A stretch of 64,000 nt of DNA, taken from positions 691,407 to 755,406 of the forward strand of contig NMRA01000184.1 of the NCBI GenBank assembly GCA_002633005.1, given 5' to 3'. A program made the position numbers and the translations under genes. Below are positions 12,481 to 25,490 of the stretch, in pieces. This DNA is from Phoronis australis (Eukaryota > Animalia > Phoronida). The notes under the pieces were generated by a model that worked only from the letters and a program-made list of their open reading frames with translations, was not told the DNA's origin and made no database searches. Within the stretch, counting starts at the first letter, position 1; each line of letters starts with the position of its first letter.

Positions 12481-14760
12481 AACCACGTGACAATTTTAAG
12501 GTTGCGTTTAACACGAGAGAGCGCATGCGTCGTCACCGGAAGGATTATCCTGAAGGTTACATTAAATTCTTGTATTGTAGGAAATCAAACGTAAAAAGCT
12601 AAAGCATATTACACGTGTTCTCATTTTCAGTATTTTTTTATCTTTCTTTATAAATTAGTTGCGTGTGTGAATTATAGTTACTATAACATAACACATCGTT
12701 TGTCTATGTTGCATGTCTGCTTGTTTTGAAATATATCGCCGGGAGTAACCTTACATTGAGTTTTCTCTTGTTTCATTCCGTTTTCTTCTCCTTACGACAT
12801 GAAAAATGACTGATAACGTCAATAGTTCTTTCTCGCAATTCCTCTTGACCGTATAGCAATTGCTCTCTGACGCATAAAGTTTTTATTGGTCTGTCTGCCA
12901 AAACCGGGAGCTTTTCATACAGCTCTTTTTGACTTGCATGGGAACGAAAGTCGTGTTTCGTTTAAGGTTTTTGACCCACGTTGTTTTGTAGAGAAACCTG
13001 GTTTGGAATTCGGTTTTAGCTCGCTGATATAAAGAAGAAAACATCTCTATTGATAACAGGCAAGAAAATTGCCTAACGAATGAACTCAGGCAGCTTATTC
13101 GTTATTGTGTTAAAACCGAAGATTTCAAGGGTATTGATCAGTTTTATATTTTAAATGTTTTGTTTAAAAAACCAAAACGATACTTTCAGAACATTCATTT
13201 ATTGGCGAGTATAAACGTTTTGCTACAGGGTTGAAGAGAAGACTAAGTTATCAAAAATTTTCTGACCTGCTTGTATAAAAAAGGGAATTAGATTGCACCG
13301 AACCGGGTACACTTAGGGTTATAAGTAGCCAACCATTAAGCTATCAAATTTCACTTCGTCGAAAATTTTTACTCAGTTAGTTCCCAACTGGAATGAAATC
13401 GTCGATCAGAAGGCATTGTTCTTATTTATTGATAGATTTTGCAAAGATTTGTTTTCAATTAAACTCTACATTTCATAAGATGTGAATTTGGGAACTGTTA
13501 TACATAAAAGTAAACTACGAAAACGTTATACAGAAAGTTCCAAACTCAATGTACTGACATCTGTTACGGACGCTTTAGCTGTAAAGCAAACAAAAAATGA
13601 CAAATCATCTGGTCCCCCACGGCTTTTCAAGTAAGTTTTATAAGTTTTTCTTGCAAGAAATTTCCTTCATTCGTTTAATAATAGCTTTGGTTAAACGAAC
13701 TTTAGCACTTAACTTAAACCAAGGTAACTAATGTCGAGAGTATATCATCCACATAGTGCCCTATTTTACTATCTAACAACAGCTAAAAAATTGAGAATTG
13801 ACCTATCGCCAGGATTTTGGCTGACTGCTAACTGGCCAATCAGAACGCAGCAGTCTTGACACACCTTCGTCTGCGTTTCGAAGCCGCCATTTTACCCGAC
13901 AAATAACACGTTGTGGGGGTAAAGTTTATGCTAATCTATAGCTCAAGAAATTGTACGATCAGAATAATGAAACAGTGTTGCTATGGCGTGTGTAATTCCG
14001 ACAGCCATTATGCAGCTCGATAAGAATATTCCGTAACTTTTTAGGTATTCCCTAAGCCTAAAAGTGAATTCGAAATGTGTGAACGACAGACTATCTCTGT
14101 ATACGGCCACACGAGTAACTGAACTTGACAATGTTGTTGCTTGATTACTCGAAGGTTAAATACGAACATCTTTGTTCCAAGATACTTACTTTTCATTTTG
14201 GTGGCTATAGTATTCTCTTATCTGATTTTGACTCAGGAGTTTCACTCGTCTAACCGCCTTTGTCTCGACACTTGCTGAATCCCAGCATTAGCCCTAGCGG
14301 TAGTCCCCGGAATTGTTGTTTAACATTTTTCATTTCTTCCGAATGGACATCATTTTGTTTCGTAGCTAAAGCAAAGATGGCTAAAGTGAGGTACATTTTT
14401 GTTATTACACCTGTAGGCCGGCGTTCACCTCAACTTCTCTCAAAATTGGCAGATTCGATCGGCACAGGAGGGGCACTGGATCACTGCTGACACGAAAAAT
14501 TAGAGCATTTAAATTATTTTTTGTCGAGAACCTCTAGTATACATTTCGCCTGTAGTGTTAGAAAGAGCTCATTTTGTAGTTGTTCAAACATGATACTTGG
14601 ATTTATGAAGCTTTAAAAAAGAATTTGAGTTCTTTTGTACTTAAAATACCCACATTCTGCTAATACACCGGACTTGTCATCTTTTGTAACCATACCATAG
14701 CTTAGTGATCATGCTACGTTTAAAAGTAACTGAAAGCTACCTTTCCGCAATGAAACTGGC

Positions 14761-17672
14761 GGGGGTGATGCTGCAGCTTGTCAAGTGGTGTGTAAAATTG
14801 CTCTCAACAGTACATCAATTTTTTTGCAAACGAACGTACAGGAGCAGGCAGAAAATTGCAGAGAGGGGAAATTTGTGTCAGAGACTTTGGTGAACGTGTT
14901 TTGAGGTTTTAGATACTTTCACCAGATAGAGAAAGTTTTCTGTTTGTAGTGGGGCTTGTCCTCCTATGACTGATATCGCTGTGTTCAGTGGCAACTCATT
15001 GACCAACATTACTGCTATCTGAACTAGACCCCTGCTGTTGGTGGTAAAAGGTCAACATTCAAAACCACCATGGATGACTGAAAGGAATCTAGGTTAGTCA
15101 CTCAGTCCCTTGCTGTGTGTTATACTGGTCAAGATGGATGCAAAACAGTTAGAGGAAAGAATTGCTAAACTCGATGAGAGAATGCAAAATCTGTGAAACT
15201 TATCATCAAGGAGGAGGTTTTGAAGTTGAATGAAGAACTGGTCAAGCTTAAAAGGGAAAATGAGATCTTGAAGGAAAAGGTGAATTCTCTTGAGCAGTGT
15301 TCAAGAAGGAATAGTCTACGCATCTATGGTTTGAAAGAAGAGGAATCTAAAGTATGTATTCAAACAGTGACAGAGTTTTTGGAAAAATCTCTTAAAGTAA
15401 AAGTTAAACCTGCATAGACTGACCGTGCGCACCGAATTGGGAAACTCAAAACTACAGGTAGAGTGTCAAGACATTCTGTCCAATCAACAACTCCGAGACC
15501 AATGATTGTGAAATTTATTTCTTATCAAACTAGATAAAACGTGTTTAAACAGAAGAGGGTTCTAAAAGATACGGGCTATTATATTTTAGAAGACCTAACA
15601 TCGCTAAACTAGAATTTACTCATGTCTGCATTCAAGAATGATAAAGTCAAAAGTAGGGGGTCCAGCGATGGCAGGATCTATGTACAGTTGACAAACGGAA
15701 CTATAAAGGTGATAAAGGGTACGGAAGATATTTAATTTGCGACTTCTAATGGCTAGCCAGAGGGCGAAGACGGACCGAACGAGATGGACTGGAATTCTTT
15801 CAGTTGTATATATTTTTTGTTTCGTAGGTGTGAGTGTGTCGGAGTGAATGGTTTCTATATTCACGTGATCACTGTTCATTTTTTTGTTGGAAGGTTTTGT
15901 AGTGGTTTATCTAATTATATGTTTTGTGGTTTCCCAATTGATGACAATGGTTAGCTTAAACTTAATATCATTAAATTGCAGGGGTTTAAATCGTGAATTG
16001 AAAAGGCAGCATTTGTTTTCTTTTTTGAGGAAGGAGGGGGTTGATATTGCCTTTTTACAAGAAACATACAGTACAATAACTAACATTAATAAATGGGGAC
16101 ATGAGTGGGGAAGTAGAATCTATGCTGCTCATGGGTCAGAGCACAGCAGGGGTGTTGCCATCATGTTTAACAACAATTTAAATGTTACAGTTAAAAGATG
16201 TATCGAAGATCCTGATGGTCGTTATTTGTGCATTGACGCAGATGTGGATGATTATAATTATATTTTCATAGACGTTTATTTTCCAAATGAAAATAGATCT
16301 CAATTAATGTTTTTGGACAAGTTAAATAATACCTTCCAAAGATATGTAAATAACGATAATATTTTTGTGCTGGTGATTTTAATTGCCCATCAGGAAAAAT
16401 TGATAAACAAGGAATAAGAGATACTAGAGATAAACAAACAGTCATTGTAAGCTTAAATGTTTTGCAGAGTCTTTCCATCTATTGTTTGGAGATTTCAGAA
16501 TCCAGACAAAAAACAATATACATGGCATAATAATTCCTACAGATTACAAAGCAGAATTGACTACTGGTTGGTTTCAAAGAACCTCAAAGATCACATCAAT
16601 TATTTCATTAAAAGTTTTTCGGATCACTCGGTAGTCAAACTTCATTGCTCACTTAAAGATTCTATACCGAGAGGGCATGGATTATGGAAAATTAATAATA
16701 GTCTTTTCGAAGATTAAGAATATGTAACTAACTTAAAAAGAATTATAAATACCTGTGTTGAAGAGTATGTTTATCTACGTAATAAACATACCAAATGGGA
16801 AATGGTTAAAATGAAAATAAGGGAATATACTATGAGACACTCGAAAAGAAAAAAGAAATTGGAAAATGCTGAGGAAGAGAAATTGTTTGAAATTATCAAC
16901 AACTTGACAGGAGAACTAAATGATGGTAGAAATGATGATGGAATTGTGCAGAATTTGGAAAGAGCAAAGTCCAATTTGCAACGTATACAAACTCATAGAG
17001 TACGTGGACGAATGTTAAGGAGTAAAGCCTAGTTAATTGAGGAAGGGGTGAATAGCCCAAATGTTTTTGCCTCATTGAAGAAAAGAAATTTTAAAAAAGT
17101 GTATAAGTATCCTTGAAAATAAAGATGGCCACTAGATAAGAGATCATGCTGAAATCAGGTCAGAATTGACTCATTATTACTCCTCTGTTTTCACAGATTG
17201 TCAAATGGAAACACCATCCACTATACCAAATCTTTTTAATGGCGCCAGAGATGTAGCATCCAGTGATTTTGAAGAACTGGATGAACCTTTAAGAGAGGGT
17301 GAATTTTATGAAGTTTTAAAAACTTGTAAAAATAAGTCTCCAGGAAATGACGGGCTAACTTACGAATTTTATATCAAATGTTTCTGGCATGAGGTTAAAA
17401 ACTCCTTACTTAAAGCTTTTGAATTTAGTTTTTCAGTGCGGGAATTATCTACGTCACAGAGGCAAGGAGCAATAAAGCTCCTACCCAAGTCAAAAGATGC
17501 GTTCGAGCTCCAGTCCTTGGATAATATCGCCAATATCGCTATTGAATACCGATTATAAATTACTTACAAAAGTTCTTACAGCCCGTATAAATAACATCAT
17601 GGGAAAACTGGTTCACCCAGGTCAAACAGCTGTTAAAGGACGATATATAGGATACAATATGCGTATCATTCA

Positions 17673-17709
<37 letters not shown>

Positions 17710-19228
17710 TTATTACATGTTCTCAGCCGTCATCCGCCTTATCTGGAGCCCTCGTGGATTTTGGAGAATTATCACCCTCGGGGCTAACGCCCCTCGGGCT
17801 AATGCCCCTCGGGCCATAATTCTCCAAAATCCACTCGGGCTCTAGTAAACGGGAGATAACGACTGAGAACATGTAATAATCTATTCATACTACATACTAA
17901 ACGAGAATCGATCTACCTTTTCTCGACTCTCCACGGCTTTGTAACTACTTTCTATGTCAGAGGCCGGGGTCGGAGGTCGTGACCTTTTAAGCAAAGCCGG
18001 GCTATTTTTGTCAAATAATGGTTTTACTCAAATCCAATTGAAAACTTAAATATAATAGAAATAAATTGAATTTATAAATTAAGGTTTACCAACTATTATA
18101 GCTTAAAACACGTTTTTTTCATGCTAAGCTTCGACCGGGAAATTATCGTCTTCTAAAGTAGGTCACCACAGATAACTGAATATAATTCTCAAGTCAAAGA
18201 TCCCGACGACACAATACCCGCATTCAAACTGGAGATCGGTGATTTACAAGTAAGAGGACATGAGAGAAAAATTTCACTGAATTAAGATATCATTTTTATG
18301 GAAATTATGTGGCTTATTTTTCGTAGCGTATAAGTACAGTACAATGCGGTTTTTTGAAAATGGGATTATTGCGCGTGCTCATTTAAGTATTCTATTTTCA
18401 CTCTTGATGACGTCAGTCGCTGCGTGGTGTAGTGGTAAAGTCGGCGACAAGCAACTCCAAGGTTCGACTCCGTCATCAGTTTCCCGCCAAAACGTTATCT
18501 CACTAGTGAGATAACTTTATGGCTTATTACACGGATGTATCTGCCATTTGACGCTAATATTGTGGTATAAAATTTCTTATACAAATGTTACTGATGGTCA
18601 AGGACACATTTTATTTTTGGACTTTTGCAAGGCGTATGATACAATAAAATGGGACTTTATTTTTCAAGCTTTGATAGCTTTTAATTTTGGACAGGGTTTT
18701 ACACGATGGGTAGAAATAATCTATAACAAACCAACAGCTTGTGTTGTCAATAATGGTTTTACAACAGGTTATTTTCGTAAGACAGGGTGATTCATTGTCA
18801 GGTCCATTATTTTGCCTAGTTGTTGGAGTTATGTCCAATTATATACGAAAGTGTAATTTAATTAAAGGCATAAGTGTTGAGAAAACTGAAGTTAAAATTC
18901 TCTAGTACGCAGATGACACTACCTTATTTCTTCATGACAAAAATTCTGGCATGAATTGTCTCAAATTTTTAGAATATTTTGGTTTACTCTCTGGTCTCCA
19001 GCTAAATATTAAGAAATGTGAATGGTTACATATTTGGGTCGAGAAAAAGTGTTGTGAACCACTTTATGGCTTCAAGTGGACTGGCAAACCAATCAAGAGT
19101 CTGGGAATATTTTTTAGTCATAACAAAAAAGAAAATGATTTCTTAAATCTTGAACACAAAATTAAGTCCTTTAAAAAGTCTCTTGATATCTGGAAAAGTC
19201 GCAATATTTCATTGTTAGGAAGGATCAA
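14761..19228 (+). mobile_element. Degenerate L1/Tx1-clade LINE (ORF1 + APE endonuclease/RT ORF2), interrupted by an insertion and 3'-truncated
   Basis: ORF1 ~15134-15736: coiled coil, LEQCSRRNSLRIYG, DRAHRIG, PRPMIVKF, EDLT. ORF2 from ~15947: SLNCRGL, FLQET, SRIDY, SDH; KSPGNDGLTYEFY, PISLLNTDYK, DFCKAYD, YADDT. Many stops and frameshifts; 5' end approximate. Confidence 0.9.
17680..18571. mobile_element. Non-autonomous element with (TA)n end, 180-bp hairpin and tRNA-like segment, inserted in the LINE RT
   Basis: RT frame reads QDI|ISYTN across it; inverted repeat 17705-17884; A-box TGGTGTAGTGG at 18425 and B-box GGTTCGACTCC at 18461. Confidence 0.7.
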
Positions 19229-20165
19229 TGAATTTTAAACCAGAAAAAAGCGTTGACCTCACCTTCTCCAAATCTATTAATGCTCTCTTCCTTGTTGACC
19301 GTCTTATGACCTTAAACTTAATGATGAAATCATTCCTAGAAAATAGTCGCACAGACATCTGGGTATACTGTTAGATGAAAAACTCTCATTCACCCCTCAC
19401 GTTCGGGAGCTCGTACAAAAAACTCAGGAACTAATTAACCCACTTTTAAGCTTAAAAGCTTGTCTCTCGTCATCTGAATTCTACACATTTAAAAGTTTTG
19501 TTCAAGTCCTTTGTGCTTCCACACATTGATTATTGTGATATTATATATCAGTCTGCCAATACGGGTGCACTCCAACATTTGGAGAAGTTACAATATCAAG
19601 CCGCGTTACTCATAACCGGAGCTTACAGGGGATCCAATAGTGTTAAGGTTTTGATTAGTCTCAAGTGGCCCAAACTGTCTACTCGACGCAATCTTCACAT
19701 GACCACATTTGCTTTCAAGGTAATAAACAATGTCAACAACGTGTCTGTCAAAAAAATATTTGATCTATATATAAGACAAGGCCATCGTAGTGATTTGAGA
19801 TCCTCCACCCCATATGCAATTCCTCCGTCGTTCAGTCAGGCATTCAGAAGGTCTACAGTCATGATGTGCATCAACAACTGGAATTCTCTTCCAGTCTCTG
19901 TTAAGGAAAGCAACTCTTTTACGAGTATAAAAAATAATTTTAGAACTGTTTTTCATAATTTTGATAACTCAACACCCTTGACTCAATTCTCCCTTACCCG
20001 CGATAACGAAATAGCATTGTACAGATCAAGATGTGGCCTTTTCCTCAACTCTGACAAGTTCAGGCACAACTTTAGTAATGTATCTCCAAACTGTAAATGT
20101 GGTGACCATCAATCTTATCCTCATATTTTCTTCAAATGTCCCCTCATCGAATCCCTGAGAGACTC
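19229..20165 (+). mobile_element. 3' part of a CR1/L2-type LINE ORF2 (degenerate)
   Basis: HRHLGILLDEKLSFTPHV, KSFVLPHIDYCDIIY, LEKLQYQAALLITGA, WNSLP, terminal SPNCKCG...HIFFKCP; ends at the N at 20166. Confidence 0.8.
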
Positions 20166-20166
20166 N

Positions 20167-20550
20167 TGATACAAGACAAATGCAGCATGACCAAAGCATT
20201 CGCCCAGACAAAAATCATATAAATTGACCGAATTAAAGTGTATAATTGTCTATATCCTGACAATATATGTAATTGAGAGTGTTCACAGTGTCCAAAATGA
20301 ATTAGGCATACCCAAAACTATAACATTTGACCCCAAGATCGCTAAAATCGGTTGGGTAGATACTGATTTACAAGGAAAATCATTATCACGAACACTGGAC
20401 GGCGGCCATCTTGAAAAATGGCCGCCATCTTGGTTTTTCAGTTGGCTAGTCGGACAGATTTTTTAAGTATGCTATTATGAGTCATCATGGAAAATTTGGT
20501 GCTTGTATCATCATTTGCACAATTCTGGTGCATATTTGCACTTATCAGTA
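20167..20550. mobile_element. DNA transposon terminal fragment (Academ-like)
   Basis: Inverted ggcggccatcttg / gccgccatcttgg motifs and an 'aaatttggtgcttgtatcatcatttgcacaatt...gcacttatc' end resembling Academ termini from memory. Confidence 0.35.
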
Positions 20551-20551
20551 G

Positions 20552-21171
20552 TGATGATGTAATTTGTATACTACAGTATAGTGTGGAACTTTCTAGAAGA
20601 CTAGCATGACAGTGATTAATGCAGTCTGGAATATTCTAGAGACTAGTATATGTTTGTAGAATGATTGGGTAGGTTCCAGAAAGTTCTGGTATGTGCTTGA
20701 ATTGATGGAAAGTTCTAGAACAATGCATTAGGCTATAAATACACAAGCCCGGGTTTGTGTTAGTCAGTTGAGTCCAAGAAGATTACGTCAGTTGAGTCCA
20801 AGAAGATCAAGTCAGTTCAAGAGAAGATCAAGTCAGTTCAAGAGAAGATCAAGTCAGTTCAAGTAAGTCAATCAGGAGAACTACAGTTGAGTTGCAGTGA
20901 AGAGAATCAGCAGTTACAGCGATAGTCAATAGAGAGCCAGCTATAGAGACAGCAGGTTATTGAATCAACGAGTGTAACAGTCGCTGAAAGTATCTCAGAA
21001 GTTCAACACAAGTCAAGGCTTCGCAGCACTGGCTGGAGCATAAACAGGCATTACGTCGGACGTTTTGTTTGAGTAGGCTTGTGAACGTACGGTCGGGATT
21101 AATAAAGGATTAACTCGAACCAGTCTTCAGTCAATCTTCACACCGAAAGCTATTAGCACCGGTCTGTAACA
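20552..21171 (+). mobile_element. Solo-LTR-like sequence
   Basis: TG...CA ends, CTATAAATA ~20733, 21-bp tandem AGTCAGTTCAAGAGAAGATCA ~20810-20862, AATAAA 21101; no clear TSD. Confidence 0.45.
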
Positions 21172-22995
21172 ACCTGCGCCCACCCACACATTGATAATTT
21201 TTATGGAAACGCCTTTACAACAAGTGCGTTTTAATCACATCAAACAACGTATTTTTTGGCTCATAAACATTTTCGATTTAGGGGTTCAACAGCGTGACCC
21301 CTTTTACTAACCTACCTTCTTCTTTGACTGATTATGATATTACCCTTGAATAGCATTGCAAGTGTCCTCACTCACTAACACCAGAGAACGTCAAGTCCCC
21401 CCACCTAGCATTAAAATACCGAGCGCACTCGAAGACAATAAATAGCAAGGACCCTCATATTTCCACGTGGTTCCGCTCAAAGGCAAGTAAACAGGGGTTC
21501 CCATACTTCGGCCTGAAAACTAAAATTTTGTCTATGTCGCTTCGAAAATAGAGCCATTGATAGGAATGTATAATTTTGAGGGGCAATGATTGAGTTGGCC
21601 ATGGAAAAGGAAAAACTACCCTTGTGTCCATCTATTTAGAAAGGGTTGAAGTCCTAGTCGGACAAATGCAGTACGTCTATCGGAAAAAGAATAGGCCTCA
21701 TTGTGATACGTCATACATCAGTTCCTGGGAAGGAATATTGCCAGAAAAAACATTTCAGCTTTGAAACTCCGTTCAACGTCTCCCTTTAGAAGAACTCTTA
21801 GTGTCGTGAGTAATTTTGGCAATGGTACATGATGTGCAATTGCAAAATTCAAACTCTAGCGCTGACTGATTTTCTTCTCTTCTTACACACATACGCTCGT
21901 CGATATCTGCTCTGTCTCCGAGTAGTTTGGAATTCAGAGTTGATTTTCTAACTAAAATACAAAAGCGTAGTGTTCCGTCACATGGAATGTCTATGACTAC
22001 TTTCTCAATGTTCTTCTTTCAGATAGGTTTACTACTAATCGAGAAATTTTGTTCTGACGTGGCTACGAATTTATTGGTCCAACGTCCGTCTGATTATAGT
22101 TTTACAAGCGATCATCGTTTTTCTTTTGGGATGGTGCTATGCGGCGTTCAAATGGGGCCGTTGGTTGTAAGTGTTAGCTTGATGTATAACTTGAAATATT
22201 TTCCAAAGAACCGCCTAAGGAATTCATTGGTCACTTAAGCCAAGTCTTAGGAAAGGTTGGATGAAAACAAAGAAGATGGTAATTTATAACACTAAAATAG
22301 ACGTGTGTTTTGAGCTTACTTGAAAGCAAACCTAACGTGGAGTACGAAAATCAGGTTGTTAAAGTCCGAGCAGACCGACAGAATTTGGATACTGGTTGTG
22401 ATTCTTGGTATATTAATGCGAGTTTTAAAACGTTTCACCAGCGATAAAAAATTGAACTTTTGAGTGTTCAGCTCTGCAAACTCGCCGATCCAAATTCTGG
22501 CAAAACGGTTTCCATAGGTTTTTCGCCCAACATATATTTTGTTGTGTGACCGAGCAATCGACCACACGACAAACAACCATGGTAAACAGACGAGCTATAT
22601 AAACCAGATATCACACGAGGGTCGAGTTCTATAACTGTTTAGCTAAAACCAAGTGCTCTTATTAAAAATGCTCGGAGATATCTTGCAGAGATCTTGTTTT
22701 TCTGCAGATACACTGGCGTTACAGGACTCCATGATCCAATTACCGCTTATGAATTGTGACGTTGAGGATCGTGCGCATAGTCACATTTTTGTTTGTCTAT
22801 GATGAAACAGCCACACATGTGTCCGGAATGTTCACCTTCTGGAAACCCTGTATTTGTCGCATTTAGTAGTATTATCTGATTACACAATTCAGCGGATGAC
22901 TGTTGACATTTGAACTTTACACATGATCTAAGATATCTTCCTTCTTCAACCACTGGTCACAAAACGCCTGGTGATTGAATGTTTGAGCTTTGAGA

Positions 22996-24894
22996 ATGCG
23001 TCTGTGTTTTAGAGTCGATGCCTTGTTTCTCCTACTTGCTTTGGTGGGATTATCTTTTGCTGATGAAGTGGCCGACTTAGAAAATATCGTCAGTGAGTTT
23101 TGGACATGGCGACTTCGTGACGATCCTGAATTTGCGACCCAAAGTGGAATTCACGATTTTGACGATAAGCTTAGGTCATACGACTATGGACAGTTTCAAG
23201 TACGAAAGGAGAAATGCGAACTGCTTTTGGGGAAATTGAGAAGAATTGACACCAGTAAACTTCCAAGTTCTTCTAAGCTTTCGTTTGACGTTTTGGAAGA
23301 CAATCTTATGGTCTTCATCGACGGATTCCAATGGCGAAACTATGGGAACCTTAATCCGATTAATTTTCTCGAGGGAATTCATATGAATATGGATTATTTT
23401 GTGTCGCATATGGACTTCAAGAACAAGGTAGACTACGACTTTTATTTGAAGAGACTGCGTGCATTGCCAACTCAGGTATCTCAAATAATCAGCCTCATGG
23501 AACGAGCGATACAGGAGGGAACAACTAACCATAACGTATCCATTCTTAGTGTGCCTTCTCAGATTGACTCGATGATCAATAGGAGCACTGAGGATTTAAC
23601 CGCTTACAAGCCATTTAAAGATACACTTACCAACGTCACTTACATAAACAACACAGTCAAACAGGAACTTAGAAACCAGGCTAAAACCGTTTTATCCACT
23701 ATGGTTGTACCTTCTTTTCAAAACCTTTCTCGGTTTATACGGGATCAATACATTCCTAAATGCAGAAATACATACGGAGTCGGAGGTCTTCCAAGAGGAC
23801 AACAATACTACAAAGCTTGTTTAAAATGGCATTTGTCCACAGACATGACACCCGAAGAAGTTCATCAGAAGGGACACGATGAAGTAAAACGCCTAGAAGA
23901 AGAAATGCTGAAAATAGCAAGAAGAAATGGATTCACAGGCACAACGTTGGCGGAGTTTTTCGGTATTTTAAGAAACGATTCGAGATTTTACAGAAACTCG
24001 TCACAAGAGTTACTGGATATGTACAATGAAATTATTTTCCAGAGAATTAAACCGCAGTTGCCAAAACTTTTTAACGACATTCCAAATTACCCTCTTGAGG
24101 TGAAGCCCATGGAGTTTGACGGTCCTGGTGGATCATATTCTCCCGCCGCAGAGGACGGTTCACGACCTGGAATATTTTGGGTTAACTTGTTAAACCCTGA
24201 GAAACGGGCAACGTTCGATATGGCTTCTTTGTCGCTTCACGAAGCCGACCCAGGGCATCACATGCAGATAAGCTACATGATACGAGAAAAGAATCCGTCT
24301 TTCCGTAAATATTTGGACCTCAGCAAATATTTTGCATGTCCTTTCCACTTCCCGTTTTTCACTGCCTATATCGAAGGATGGGCGCTATACGCGGAAGATC
24401 TCGGAATTGAGATGGGAAGTTACGTTGACGACTATGAGCTTTTCGGCAAGTACTCGTCGGAAATGTTTCGCGCGTGTCGCCTTGTAGTCGATACTGGATT
24501 GCACGCAAAGGGTTGGTCACGTGACCGGGCTGTAAATTTCATGGTGGAACATACCTTTGACCTGAGATCGCAACTGGAAATAGAGATCGATAGATACATC
24601 ACGTGGCCAGGACAGGCATGCGCGTACAAGATAGGTCAATTAAAATTTCAAGAATTGCGAAGCAAAGCCAAGAACAACCTCGGAGAAGCATTTGACGTCG
24701 CTGAGTTTCATGATGTCGTTTTGAGAATTGGAGCAGTGCCTTTGAGAATTTTGGAACGGCGCGTCGACGAGTGGATTCAAAATAAGAAAGTATCGACAAC
24801 GACGAAACCTACATCAAACGCTCTTATGACCCAGCCAATTTACTGGACTTTAATGGTTGCACTATTCTGCAATTTATACACCACGTATTTTTGA
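22996..24894 (+). CDS. DUF885-family zinc-metallopeptidase-like protein, secreted, probably GPI-anchored; intronless CDS (632 aa)
   Basis: Signal peptide MRLCFRVDALFLLLALVGLSFA; DUF885 motifs DDPEFAT, SRPGIFWVN, HEADPGHHMQ, YIEGWALYAE, RACRLVVDTGLH, EIDRYITWPGQACAYKIG, FHDVVL; Ser/Thr linker then hydrophobic C-terminus. Confidence 0.92.
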   Translation: MRLCFRVDALFLLLALVGLSFADEVADLENIVSEFWTWRLRDDPEFATQSGIHDFDDKLRSYDYGQFQVRKEKCELLLGKLRRIDTSKLPSSSKLSFDVLEDNLMVFIDGFQWRNYGNLNPINFLEGIHMNMDYFVSHMDFKNKVDYDFYLKRLRALPTQVSQIISLMERAIQEGTTNHNVSILSVPSQIDSMINRSTEDLTAYKPFKDTLTNVTYINNTVKQELRNQAKTVLSTMVVPSFQNLSRFIRDQYIPKCRNTYGVGGLPRGQQYYKACLKWHLSTDMTPEEVHQKGHDEVKRLEEEMLKIARRNGFTGTTLAEFFGILRNDSRFYRNSSQELLDMYNEIIFQRIKPQLPKLFNDIPNYPLEVKPMEFDGPGGSYSPAAEDGSRPGIFWVNLLNPEKRATFDMASLSLHEADPGHHMQISYMIREKNPSFRKYLDLSKYFACPFHFPFFTAYIEGWALYAEDLGIEMGSYVDDYELFGKYSSEMFRACRLVVDTGLHAKGWSRDRAVNFMVEHTFDLRSQLEIEIDRYITWPGQACAYKIGQLKFQELRSKAKNNLGEAFDVAEFHDVVLRIGAVPLRILERRVDEWIQNKKVSTTTKPTSNALMTQPIYWTLMVALFCNLYTTYF

Positions 24895-25239
24895 GATTTC
24901 GCTGAATCGTTGAGTAAAACGCCGCGAATATCAAATTAACCAAAAACGAAAATTTACAGTCATTAAAAATTACTTACCGATCGGTTAGAAGGCGGTCGCT
25001 TGCGTCTAACCGTATATACAGTTAAAGTGCAGCATTAGGGGACAGTGGGTTTTCAGGAATGACGTCAACTTTTTTCTCTCTGGGTGCCTCTATCTACCAG
25101 TGAATTAATGTATAAAAGTTTGACGTCCCCACAAGGCCTTGCCACCATATAAAATTTTTGCTTCTATTACTCAGACACATGAATTATTTATGTCATACTT
25201 ATGGACTTTAAAAGAATCAGTAAAATTATTTTTATCTAA

Positions 25240-25490
25240 GGCATGTCACAGAGGAAGAGCTACCCACTCAGCCAGTTGGCTCAGGTACCAGTAAGCTAAG
25301 CGTTTTGCTTAAGTCAAGGCGTGAAAAAAGACTCACAGCGCTTGAATAAACAAACCCAACTGGCATATTTCACTGACCATTTTCCTTTATTTGTAGGTAA
25401 TTGGCACAGAGCTATATGCTTAGCTTAGTTTACTCAGTTACTTGAGCCAGCTGACTGAGCGCCACGAAGCTCTATGTCTGGGCCATGCCC
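25240..25490. mobile_element. MITE (PIF/Harbinger/Tourist-like)
   Basis: ~60-bp imperfect TIRs (ggcatg..cagagg..agagct..ctcagccagttggctcaggta vs tacttgagccagctgactgag..agctct..tctgggccatgccc); TAA/TAG flanks. Confidence 0.6.

Noticed and set aside
18411-18485. tRNA gene (also 43604-43680)
   Set aside because: A/B boxes present but no intact acceptor or anticodon stems; embedded in repeats.
20780-20865. CRISPR-like array (also 57677-57941, 32854-32971)
   Set aside because: Head-to-tail tandem repeats without unique spacers, eukaryotic context, no cas genes.
22996-24894. Bacterial contamination
   Set aside because: Base composition similar to flanks, contiguous with animal repeats, eukaryotic signal and GPI-like termini.
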